Assembly: GCA_951406725.2 (NCBI GenBank)
Contig: OX597816.1
Coordinates: forward strand, 132,618,001 to 132,682,000
From: Octopus vulgaris
Taxonomy: Eukaryota
Direction of reading: 5' to 3'
Length of the DNA stretch: 64,000 nt
Numbering within the stretch: position 1 is the stretch's first letter; each line of letters begins with the position of its first letter. This document shows positions 26,283 through 39,205 of the stretch, one piece after another. The position numbers and the translations under genes are program-made. Below the pieces are notes generated by a model. It was given only the letters and a program-made list of their open reading frames with translations, was not told where the DNA came from and made no database searches.

Positions 26283-28292
26283 TTCTAATTATTATAAATC
26301 TTCTACTGAAGAGGGAGCTGGTTTCCAACAAAGATACAAGACTCTATCTTTAGGATGTAGTTAATACAAACAGATTCACATTTGGAACTTGAGGAAAGTC
26401 TTGCATATTTTTTAATGTTCCACTCACAGATCGCACTTGTAATGTATGAATTAGCCAGTCGATTTCTCTTTCTGAAAATCCCAGTTCATCCAGATTCTCC
26501 TATAAAGAGTTACTAACAAAACCTAGTGCTCCAATTATTATTGGTTTGAATATGAATTCATAGTCTGGATATAGAAACTGGAGGTTTCAAAGCAGTTGTC
26601 CATAGATATCCTCTTTTTCTTTGATTTATGTATGTGTGTGTGCATGTGTGAATGAAATCATTTAATATATGCCTTCTATACTGGCTTGTGTTTGACAAGA
26701 TCTGGTGAGTCAAAAGACAGCATAATGCTCCAGTGTTTGTTTTGTCATGGTTTCTTTGGCTGGACGTCCTTTACAGAGTGTACTTGGTCCTTTTTTCAAG
26801 GTACCAACACTGGTAAGTGAAGTCATGTAACTCACAAAACTAAAAGGCACCCTTGACTGAGTGGAAGTGTAGAAGATAGGGAGCCAGCTTTATGATAGTT
26901 GTTGAGAGGCTAAAGTATGATAGCAGGGACAGGAGCAGGTTTGTTGATATGGAGGAGATATGTAGCTACCTTGCATTGTATGTATAAGGGTAGGTAAGAA
27001 TAACTGAGTTGGAGCTGGAAAGTGAGGCAGACATGGGGATGAGGCAGTGTCAGAGTGTGCACTCAAGGGACAAGAAGGTGAATAGAAGGGAACGTGGAAA
27101 AAGAGGGTTGAAAAGAAGGCAATGAATGTAGTGAATAAGGGTGGAGGGGTAGTCAGTGGTAAATTCACATTGGAGGAAGGTAAAAGAGACGTGGGTTGAC
27201 TAGCAGTTGCATACATGTATGTGTGTGTTTGCATTCTGGGATCTTTTCAGCTGTTGTCACCAATTTGGAAATTTTGGAATTAAGTGAAATTTTTCAGATT
27301 TGGTGTATTGGTGTAATTTTTCATACTGAATCCAAATTTGGGATTCACGTATTCCCAGAATAATTTAGAAAAATGTTAGAGATGTTCAAAGTTTGATAAA
27401 TTGCCCAAGGTGACATGCAGTAGGACTGAACCCATAGTTATGTGGTTGGGAAGCAAACTTCTTACCACACAGCCATGCCACAGCTGTTGGATGAATGTTG
27501 ATCAATAAGGCTACATTAATATTATACTAGTGAGAAGCCCAATCAGAAAAAAAAACCGAAAGCCATGCATTTTCTGTGTAATAGCTGTCTGTTTGCTAAA
27601 TGACAGACAGAAATAACGCAGGCACAAAATGATAATGCTCTTCAAAACTTGTGGTGATGGTTGCAGTGGTGAAAATGTCACTTGCTCTAAATACAGTATC
27701 CTTATTACAATGAAAACAGGACAGATAACAGTTTTGCTTGTTACCATGGAAACACACCTATGTGAGATTTACAGTCATGTGTATAATGGTGGCTTTTGAC
27801 TGGCTAAAATTACCCAAAATTTACAAACTTTTTATTAACTTTTTATTTATTTGGGAAAATGAATTTCATTTTCATAATTACCATACAAAACTAAATCAGT
27901 ATAACGAAATTTGAAGATAATTGGAAAATAATTAGAATAGAATATATAAAGGGGGTGGAGAGAGAGATGGATGTGTGTGTTACTGTCTCCCTGTTACTAT
28001 CATTTGATTGTTGGTTATAAACAAATGTCAGCATCATGCTGGTGTCTCCTTCATCTCTAGTATTCTGTGTCAACATATCTGGCCATGGAGTGGGTGAGGA
28101 ATATTACCTTGCATGGAAAATTGGATATTAAAACAATAATGATGCTGATGATGATGATGCTATGTTGATTACTGAATGTACTAGAAATATTCACTACCGT
28201 ATTCACTTATTTCTTACACTCATACACACACACACACACACACATACTTTTGTTCTGTTACAATTCATTGACAATTGTTTTCTCTGTTTCAG

Positions 28293-28410
28293 TTACCAGC
28301 CACCTCATGTACGTAGGAAAGTTAAGATTCAGGAGATAGTTAATAAACACCGGAGCAAAATGACTGTTCCAGAATTCTATGCAGCATTATTCCAGAACGT
28401 AGCCAAATGA
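28293..28410 (+). CDS. RALGAPB: RalGAP beta last coding exon with stop codon
   Basis: ttcag|T TAC...TGA; [38 protein letters not shown]; the 13 exons sum to 1872 nt with no frame break. Confidence 0.95.
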
Positions 28411-28503
28411 ATACAAAGTCCAGAGCTGTTACGTTTGTGTGTATATATATAATATATGTATTGTATGATATTTGTATGCATGTATGTATGAATGAATAAA
28501 CAA

Positions 28504-28568
<65 letters not shown>

Positions 28569-29442
28569 AAAGAAATATAAAGACAAACAGCTGTCGATCA
28601 AGAAGAAAGTATTGCAGTATTGGCAGCAATGATTAATATTACTATGAGTATTTGTCAGAATAAGTATTAATGGGTTTGGTAAATTGATTCCTAAATTTCT
28701 TTCATAATGGAGAGATCCGTACCATGGAGATCCAGTCCTATTCACTGAACACTAAACCTCCTCTCCACCTGAGGATAAAACCACACTTCAAGGAGGGCTA
28801 TTATTTTACAGAGATATTTTCTTGGCCAGTATTTTCAAAGTACGTTCATGTTTGTATATATATATATATATATACATATACATATGTATATATATATAAT
28901 TTGCCACCAGAGACAATATTGTCAAACAATTTCAGGTATTTAAAGCTGGCCGGAAACTATGTATTAGTTATAGAATGATTTAAAGATTGTATTACTAATA
29001 CTTTGTTACAAAAACATCATTACCCCAACAAAAATTACAGGGTTAAGATTAAGACGGAAAATATATCATATTACTGATATTTTTCATTTAATTTTTTTCT
29101 TACTCTTTTATCCTCTTTCTTAAATGTCCTGTTACTTTCCTCAGCACATTGTTACTAGTCTTTAATTAATGTAGGTTTTACCACATATTTTTCTCAGCTT
29201 TTTCTTCCTTTTTTTTTTTCACTGAAAAAAGAGAAAAAAAATACCTTTCTTCCTACTTTCATCTCACTAGAATAAACTTATTGTGCCAAATGTAGTATAC
29301 TTCCATTTGCAATGGCACTGGCTAATCTCTGGACATATGGTCCCCCGACAACATAACATTATTTTTTAGGATCCATCTCATTGACAGAATGACTCTGCGA
29401 AAGAGTGAAAGAGAGCATGCGTATATGTGTGGCATTGACTGG

Positions 29443-29477
<35 letters not shown>

Positions 29478-29837
29478 ACATGGGCAGGTACAAACTACCT
29501 ACTACTTGATCCAGAGAACCAAAAATGTGAAGTAGCCATATGTTCATAAATGTCATCATTGTAAACTGGTTTAGTTGTCAACTGTAAATATTATGTAGTG
29601 TCATCTGTAACCATGTATTTAATGTGTGTGTGTGTGTGTATATGTATGTATATACACACACATTCATATGTATGTATAGATATTTCTCCAACATCGTCTA
29701 CCATAAACCACTATAATAATGTACCTAACAGTGGCTATACTTTTCTATTACAACCTGCCAGTTCATAATTTACATTATTATTATTGCTGATCTTGTGTCT
29801 AAATTAGGAAAATCATTCATTATTATTATTATTATTA

Positions 29838-30365
29838 AGGCAGCAAGCTGGTAGAATCATAAGCATGCCAAGCAAAAATGCTTAGTGATATTTTGTCCGT
29901 CTTTACGTTTTGAGTTCAAATTCTGCAAAGGTTGACTTTGCCTTTCTCCCTTTCAGGGTTGATAAATTAAGTGTCAGTTGAACACTGGTCTCAATGTCAT
30001 CGACTTATCCCCTCCCCTGAAATTTCTGGCCTTGTGCCAAAATTTGAAATCAGTATTATTATTGATAAAATGGTGAGCTAACATAAACATTAGCATACCA
30101 GATCAATTGCTTAGCAGCATTTCAGACATTTTTATGTCCTGAATTCAAATTCTGCTAAGGTTGACTTTGCCTTTCATCCTTTTGGGGTTGATGAAATAAG
30201 TACCAGTTGAGCACTGAGGTTGATATAGTCAAATTCCAAGCTCTGTGCCCATAGTAGAAAGGGTTTTTATTATCATTGAATTTCAAATTCTACCAGGGTC
30301 AACTTTGCTTTTCATCCTTTTAGGGTCGATAAAATGAGTACCATTCAAATATTGAGCTTGATGTT
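29838..30365 (+). mobile_element. Three tandem decayed tRNA-derived SINE copies (GGCGGCGAGCTGGCAGAA family)
   Basis: Repeated gagttcaaattc (B box) and actttgcctttcatcctttnggggtcgataaa-taagtaccag core. Confidence 0.75.
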
Positions 30366-32013
30366 ATTACAAGGAGTGTTAATTGTTCTAATTACTGTAC
30401 ATATGCTTCCACTGTACATCTTGAGTGCAGCTCCATGTGTCTTGAATATGTACAGTGCTGCTATTCCTGTTATTCCTAAAGGCACAATACATTTTAGTGG
30501 AAAGTTAGCCCATTGCTAATCTCTAGCTAATACGTTTTTTGTATCTCACTCTCTGGGCAAGTCATCTAGCTGCCACACACACACACACAACACATATTTA
30601 CATACACACACCTTAGACTTCATTCCTGATGGCATTCGATAAACATTACATCTTCCACAAAGTTACACTCTGTTCTGAACTCATCTTTCTCACCATCAGT
30701 TTTTTTTACTACTGTCTGGATTTTTTCCTCCACCAGTCTGTTAGCAAATGTTAAAACTTTGCTCTGCTTCCTTTTTATTTTTAATCAATTTTTATGGGTT
30801 TTTTTCTCTTTTTTTTTCTTTTTTTTTTTTGCAACTATTTTACACAGAACAGATTTCAAGAACTGACAAGAGAATCCTCCTCAAAAAACAAAAATAACAA
30901 CGTCCATCAAAATGCCTGTTGCTCTGTAAAAAAGTTGCTTTTGTTAGTATTGATAAGGTTTATTATAAAAAGTCTAATCCTTTGACCTTTCTTTGTCACG
31001 GAAGTAGCCAACTATTTTACTCTATTTAGTTTTTAGATTACAAGAGCTTATTAACATTAAAGTGTAAACTTGATTTCTATATGAGAGGAAGTGATGAGGA
31101 TGAGGTGAATGAGGATGATAACAATGAATGTGATGATGTCTAGTATTTCCTGTGAAAATGCTACAGAGTATCGGTTAAAAGAATCTTTAACCAATAAAAT
31201 TAATGAGCTATAAAAAGAAAAAAACAAAAAAAACATTGCTGTAAATTATGTCCATATAACAAACAATAAACAAAAAATAATTCTTGTCTTTATTTATTTA
31301 TTTATTTACTTTTTTTTAATCAAATTAACTGTTGTGAAATTCATGGAAAAATCAACGATCTAATCCACTGCCAAATTTCCTTTCGTCCTTTTGCTGTTTA
31401 CAACCACTAACAAGCTTTTATTGAACATATTTCTTTTTATATTGAAGCTGTTTTTAAACCATTGGGTGAAGTGGTAGGATTTTGGCAACCATCATTTTTC
31501 TTTTTTCTCTTTTTTTTTTTTGTCTATCCATCCGATATGAAATAAATAGTTTATTAATATTTTGAAGAAATATTTCATCTGTCTTTATATTCTGAGTTGA
31601 AATTCCACCAAGGTCAACTTTGCCTTCATCTTTTTGGGGGTCAATAAAATAAGTACCAGTTGAGTACTGGGGGTTGATGTAATCCACTTATCCCCTTCCC
31701 TGAATTTGCTGATGTTGCGCCAAAATTTTAAACGAATATATTGAAGAAACATCTAAAATATCTGCCATATTCAATATTCATTTTTTAAATTTATATTTTT
31801 TCTTTTTTTTTCTTTACTTGCTTTTATTGCCAAACATATTGGTTATATAATTGTTTTCACTTGTAGTACAGCTTTGCTAACTGACCTTTCTTCTTATAAT
31901 ATTGTATCAGGGTTCTAGTTACATTTTATTAAAAATTAACTTTGTCATTCCAATATTGAGCCCTGTAGTATTCAAATTGGCCTTATCAAGCCCAAAATAT
32001 TCTACCTGTTTAA

Positions 32014-32233
32014 CCCTTTCGTTACCAACCCGGTTGAAACCAGCCCTGGCTCTGAGTACAAATGTCATGTTTTCATAAGTTCTGAATTAAAATCTTCCAC
32101 CAAATCTTAGTCACAATTTATGTTTCTAACACTAGCTTAAGGATAACTAAGTTATTTTACTAAATTCTTTGTTATATTTAAAGTAATTGAAAGAAACACA
32201 GAGCATCTCAAAATAAATACAGTAACGAAAGGG
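32014..32233. mobile_element. TTAA-flanked MITE, family B, nested in a family A MITE
   Basis: Perfect 12-bp TIR CCCTTTCGTTAC / GTAACGAAAGGG; TTAA at 32010-32013 and 32234-32237. Confidence 0.88.
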
Positions 32234-32534
32234 TTAATCTTCAAACTGATCAGATCTGGCCTTTTGCACCTAATTTATAATGTGATTTTAAAAATAATCA
32301 CATCATTCAAAATCTGAAAGCTACAAGATAGTGTATGAGAAATTCAAAACAATCTGAATAAATACACATTACACTTGAAAAGGTAATCTGAATGCTGAAT
32401 GGTTAAACTTTTCTTGGAAGCCGTGACAATTCTTCATAAACTGGTTCCACTTGTAAATGTCACTTGTGGATTATTGCAGTATTCATTTTCACAAACTTGT
32501 CTTGGAAGTTTAGATGTAGAGGTGAAATGTACAA

Positions 32535-33000
32535 GTGCAGGCATGGCTGTGTGGTTAGAAGCTTGCTTCCCAACTCATGGTTCCAGGTTCAATCTCACTG
32601 TATGGCACTTTGGGGCAAGTGTCTTCTGCTATAGCCTCAGGCTGAACAAAGCCATGAGAGTGGATTTGGTAGACAGAAACTAAAAGAAGCCCGTTGTATA
32701 TATATATATCTATCTGTGTGCTTGTCCCCACCATTACTGCTTGACAACCGGTGTTGGTGTGTTCATGTCTCCATAACTTAGTAGTCCAGCAGAAGAGACT
32801 AACAGAATAAGTACCAGGCTTAAAAAGATAAGCCCTGGGGTCATTTTGTTCAACTATATATATATATATATATATTGTCAATATAACATATATCAGTAAA
32901 AGAACCACACTCTAAAGAATAGAGCAGTATTCAACTAAAAAAAGGTGGTGCTCCAGTATGGCTGCAGTTACATGACTGAAACAAGTAAAAAAATAAAAAG
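32535..33000 (+). mobile_element. tRNA-derived CORE-like SINE (GGCGCAGGAGTGGCTGTGTGG family), interrupted
   Basis: A/B-box head, ggcaccttgggcaagtg CORE-like segment and gactgaaacaagtaaaag tail; further copies include 36057-36410(-), 43131-43735(+), 44378-44790(+), 48385-48795(-). Resembles the octopus OR-type SINEs (from memory). Confidence 0.8.
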
Positions 33001-34517
33001 TGCATAATTTATTTTTCTAGTTGCTCATATCACATTAATCCTTTAGCATTCAAATTACTCTCTTAAATGTAATGCTCATTTATTCACATTGTTTTGAATT
33101 AATCAAGCATTATCTTGTAGCTTTTAGATTTCAATGATGAAATTGTTTATTTTTAGAATAACATTACAGGGTTGGTGTGAAAGATCAGATCTGGCCATTT
33201 TGAACATAAAATAGGTAGAATATTTGAATTGCATATGGCTACTTTAAATACTAAAGGGTTAATTCATATCTGCTGCTAGTATTTTATTGTATATCTTGAA
33301 GAAAGCATCATCATTATCATTGCACACCCTTTATTTTTTTTATTCTGGTGTGGGCTCGACGATACAGTATTAAGGGAGTATTTTGTGGCTGGATGCCCTT
33401 CCTGTTGTTAACCTGTTTTAGAAGTAGGAGATATTTTCATTCCACTAATTTCCACCTAGTGAAACTTCTAAACTAAGGATATAATATTTGCAGATGTAAA
33501 GATAACGTCACTGACTCCCAAATGGTGTTATGCAAAAATATCATCATCACCATCATCATCTATGGAAATAATCCCTCCCTCCCTCTCTCTCTCTCTAACA
33601 CTAAAACACACACACACATGCATGTATATTTCCTTTTGATACCAACCCGCCTAAGACCACCATCCCCTGATTCCATGATACAATATTCCTGTTTTAAAGT
33701 TGAAATTTAAATTGAAAATTTTCATCAATATTCTATATTCCAAACTCTACTTAATGACAGTTATTTCACTAAATTCTTCTTTATTTTTAAAATTAATTGA
33801 AACAAAAGCAGAGCATTCCAACAGAAATATGGTAACAAAAGGTTTAAAGTAAGGGCTTTTGTACAGTTGCCGTTTACCAGTTTCACTAAAAAGATATTGG
33901 TCAGTCTAAGTTTATAGTAAAAGATGCTATGCAGCAGGATGGAACCTAAATCCACATGATTATCACACAAATATAGCTGCATCTGTATATATATATATTA
34001 GGTGCCCTCTTTGACACCTTTCTGACAACTCCCATGCAGGTGAAGCTCTCCAGCCCTGCAAGGCAATTCACCAAAGAGAAGGCCTCTTTTATGTTGATAA
34101 AAGCTACTAATTTCTAAAGAGTGGGATTAGGTTGCACTACTATGTGCAGGCAGGAAGAAAATCCTTACAGTGTCAGGGGTCCGTTTACATAGCCACTTGA
34201 GGGCATGCCACTCTGCCTCTTAATTTTCAGACACAAAGAAACTGCCATCACATCAAACTGTAAGAAATATATACTAGAATATATGAGAATGTTACTGGTA
34301 ATAAACTGATACCCTATCTAAGGATGATTGAGGCTCTTTATCTCTCATCTGCTTAATGCTATGAAATTGAAACAAAGAGGAACAATTAAGTTTTCTAGGC
34401 TTAAAATACTTTTACACTTTTAATTGCTAAGTTTTTGTTGACCCTAATCTAGCTCCAATTATATGTCAGATCTACAGTGGGTAACTGAATACCACCAGCA
34501 CATAGAAGTTCAAACAA

Positions 34518-34553
<36 letters not shown>

Positions 34554-34557
<4 letters not shown>

Positions 34558-34940
34558 CAATAAGAAAATGGAGGGGATCAATAGGTGGTTCATCAACTTT
34601 TAGACGCTATATTATGTCAACTTATTTTATGTAAAGCATAATATGTTATACATGTATGCATATTCTTGTAATTGTCATTTTTGTAAATAAATAAATAAGT
34701 TGACATAATATAATGCCTAAAAGTTGATGAACCACCTATTGATCCCCTCCATTTTCTTATTGCTCTATAAACTAATGGTAAAATATCTCTTTACCTTGAC
34801 CCATTTAGTACACTCAGTAATGTAATTGCAATGCAATAGAAAACACTTTTGTATTAATAATTGGGTATTCTACCAGCAGTATATTGGAAAGATATTATCC
34901 CTTAGTGGGTTGGATTCACAACCTCTAACTTTCTTGGAGT
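34554..34940. mobile_element. Fold-back element between microsatellites (Penelope-like remnant suspected)
   Basis: About 75-bp inverted arms (34554-34630 and 34690-34766); flanked by (TA)n/(GA)n and (TA)n. Confidence 0.5.
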
Positions 34941-35688
34941 TATATATATATATATCATCATCATCATCATCATCATCGTTTAACGTCCGTTCTCCATGCT
35001 AGCATGGGTTGGACGGTTCGACCGGGGATCTGGGAAGCCAGAGGCTGCACCAGGCTCCAGTCTAATCTGGCAATGTTTCTACAGCTGGATGCCCTTCCTA
35101 ACGCCAACCACTCCGTGAGTGTATATATATATTGTCAGTAAGTCATAATTGTTTCAGATCAAATCATGATAGTTATAAACAAGGTTGGTTTACCTCTTAG
35201 ATAAACAGCAAAATGATTATATTGTAGCAATGATTAAATTCAGATATGGTATATGGGTGCTTTGTGTACATGTGTGTGTCCATGTATATATTTCTTCAGG
35301 GTCAATGATTCATTCTGTTGCTATGCTAAGTTTCTCTGCTTCTAGGTGTTTATTCGGGCAATATATAAACAAATGTATTGAGTACATTTCCTCCAATCTA
35401 TGTGTGTGTGTGTGTGTGTGCATATCAATGCACAAGAGAGAAATGTATTCAATACATGTAGTGCAGTTTATCATTGATTTGATAATTACGTAGCAAATGG
35501 GAAGAAACAACTCTGTTTGAATGAGTTTTTTGTTTACTAAGTTCATACATGTCAACCAGCCTGGATATGCTTTTCACAGTTGATTGCAACTGAAGGACAC
35601 AATCTCCATTGATGTTGACAGTCATCAAACACACAGACATGAATGAAAATATGAACTAACTCACACAAACATACACATGTACATATAT

Positions 35689-35721
<33 letters not shown>

Positions 35722-35725
<4 letters not shown>

Positions 35726-36037
35726 CAATATAACATATATCAGTAAAAGAAGCACACTAAAGAATAGAGCAGTATTAAAACAAAAAGTTAAATTCTGGTC
35801 ATAGAGTGACCAATGCTTTCATATCCATGAAAACTACAGCCTTGTGGACAATTAATTTAACCTATAAAAATGTTTTTATAGGTCATCCGTTGGACTTTGT
35901 TATCCTGTCATTTCCTCACATTCACAAGGTAGAAAGTTAAATCTGTCTTTGTATAGAGCCTTATGAGCTGTCCTCAATGCTGTTGCTTTCGTGGATACGA
36001 AAGCATTGGTTATTCTATGACCAGAATTTAACTTTTG
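35722..36037 (-). mobile_element. Fold-back retroelement remnant with a (TA)n end
   Basis: Inverted arms 35783-35850 and 35970-36036; its terminal about 55 bp recurs at 32875-32929. Confidence 0.55.
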
Positions 36038-37164
36038 ATATATATATATATATATACTCTTTTACTCGTTTCAGTCATTTGACTGTGGCCATGCTAGAGC
36101 ACCACCTATAGTCGAGCAAATTGACCCCAGGACTTATTCTTTGTAAACCTCTTTTGCTGAACCGCTAGGTTATGGGGACGTAAACACACCAGCATCAGTT
36201 GTCAAGCAATGTTGGGGGGACAAACACAGATATACACACACATATGTATACATATATATGACAGGCTTCTTTCAGTTTCCGTCTACCAAATCCACTCAAG
36301 GCTTTTGTTGGCCCGAGGCTATAGTAGAAGACAGTTGCCCAAGGTGCCATGAACCTGGAACCATGTGGTTCGTAAGCAAGCTACTTACCACATAGCTGCT
36401 CCTACGTCTATGTAGGAGTGGCTATATATATATCACCACTTCTGGTGATTTGCTGTGCTTGAGAAGCCATGTCAAGCTAAGTGAAATCATGGCCATGGCT
36501 AGTGTCAGTGACATGTAAAAGGCACCCATGCCAGTGCCATAACTAGCATTCATGCTAGAGACACATAAAAATGCATTAGGAGGGGCATCCAGCTATAGAA
36601 ACCAAGCCAAAACTAATGACTGGAGCCTGGTGCAGCTTACCACCTTCAGTCAAACCATCTAACCCATACTAGCATGGAAAACAGATGTTAAATGATGATG
36701 ATGATGATATATATCATCTTCATCTTTTAACATCCATAATCCATACTGGCATGGACTAGATGGTTTTAGAGGATCTGACAGGTCCAAGGGCTGCAATGTA
36801 TTTACTTTGGTATTACTTTTATGGCATAATACTCTTTTCAACCCTATAACATCGGCTGACATAAATTTACGTGCTGTGTACTTGCTTTGAATCAGATGAC
36901 AAAAATATATGCAGCTCTATCTGCTGCAGTTTTGTACCTGTTTGTGTACCAGTTGATATAAATATCTGCTTTCACTCAGGAAATCAATAATAGAGGCTAC
37001 TATGCAAATTTCAAGGAATCTGATAGGTTTATGAGACTTCATGTAAATATTTCCAACTCAGTTCGAGACTTCATCACCATAATAGTATAAAAGCAGCAGT
37101 TTTGGTGGTTACACCATTATTTCCACTGACTTCCTATCAAATTTGTACACATTCAGCAAATTCT

Positions 37165-37877
37165 TCTAATGTTCTAGCTGGCCTCTGTTGTTTACAGTAG
37201 TGCTTGGAAGGAAGGTGTGTAGCGTGTGATCATCATATTGACCATGACAGAGAAAGTTGTCTTGGCGATACCTGCTCAGAGGCTTACACAGAGTTGCAGA
37301 AAGTGTATGAGCTGCACTCAAGCGTACAAGTGGTTAAGACATTTCCAAGTTGGCTAAAGAAATGCTGAAATTGACTAACAAAAATATCGCAGCTGTGAAG
37401 AGAAATCGTTGAATCACCATCCGTGAGGATGTGCAGAATAGTTATGGTTCAGTACAGTCTATTATCACTGAAGATTTGGGTATGAGACGCATGTCTGCTA
37501 AGTTTGTGTCAAAACTGCTTTCAGCTGTCTAAAAAAACACTCAGGTTTCAGTTGCACAAGATCTCTTTGATTGTGTCAAGAACGATAAAAACTTTTTGAA
37601 AACTTTGCATAGGCTTCTGAGCAGGTATCACCAAGATTTTGGCAACACTTGATGCAGATTCCCTGCTCAACTTTCTCTGTCATTATCAATGCAATGAACA
37701 CACATTACATACCTTCCTTCCAAGCACTGATGTAAACAGTGGAAGTGAGCTAGAACATTAAAACTTACTGCGTGTGCACAGCAAAGTTTAAGGTCAATCT
37801 GTACCAAGGGGTTTTACCCTGCATGCTTTAGCTTTCTCATTATGGCAATAGTCTGAATACTTATTGATCAGACCATA
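37165..37877. mobile_element. Second copy of the 807-1705 mariner fold-back element (left arm truncated)
   Basis: Colinear similarity, same internal junction gaaaactttttgaaaactttgcata, ends ttattgatcagaccaTA. Confidence 0.85.
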
Positions 37878-37924
37878 TGTGTATATATATATATATGCAT
37901 GTATATATATGTATGCATATATAA

Positions 37925-38153
37925 GGCGGCAAGCTGGCAGAAACATTAGCACACCGGGCGAAATGCTTAGCAGTATTGCGTCTGTCGTTGCATTCTGAGT
38001 TCAAATTCCGCCGAGGTCGACTTTGCCTTTCATCCTTTCGGGGTCGATAAATTAAGTACCAGTTACGCACTGGGGTCGATGTAATCGACTTAATCCATTT
38101 GTCTGTCCTTGTTTGTCCCCTCTATGTTTAGCCCCTTGTGGGCAATAAAGAAA
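37925..38153 (+). mobile_element. Young tRNA-derived SINE (GGCGGCGAGCTGGCAGAA family)
   Basis: CpG-rich head GGCGGCAAGCTGGCAGAAAC, B box GAGTTCAAATTCC, tail ccttgtgggcaataaagaaa. Confidence 0.85.
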
Positions 38154-38425
38154 CATATATATATATATATTTATATATATATATATATGATCCAATCCAG
38201 GTGACAACGTATGTGAGTTGGGCACAAAAATTCTAGGTGAATACTTGATAATTGTAAGCACCTGTATATACCATTTAGTGGTGTAGGTGGTTACATCGAG
38301 TGAGAGACGAGATGGACGCTTCACTTTTGTGCTGGTGCCCCACCCTGTCGTACGCAACTGTGAAGATTTGCATCCCCAACGTAAAACTTATAATGTAATA
38401 CATGTCCTTGAAGTAGTAATTGTAC

Positions 38426-38503
38426 GCGGCTGAAGAAGGCCATAGACACACATTATGCATTGTTATAAATCCGTCTAATAAAGCCCCGAAACATATGTAC
38501 CGC
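38426..38503 (+). ncRNA. Type I minimal hammerhead ribozyme (Penelope-type) in a 350-bp island between (TA)n tracts
   Basis: GCGG-CTGAAGA-A-GGC..TAGAC..GTCTA..GCC..-GAAAC-ATAT-GTA-CCGC. Confidence 0.7.
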
Positions 38504-38538
38504 TGAATCCTTGGCATCATGTTTTTATTTTATTTTGA

Positions 38539-39205
<667 letters not shown>

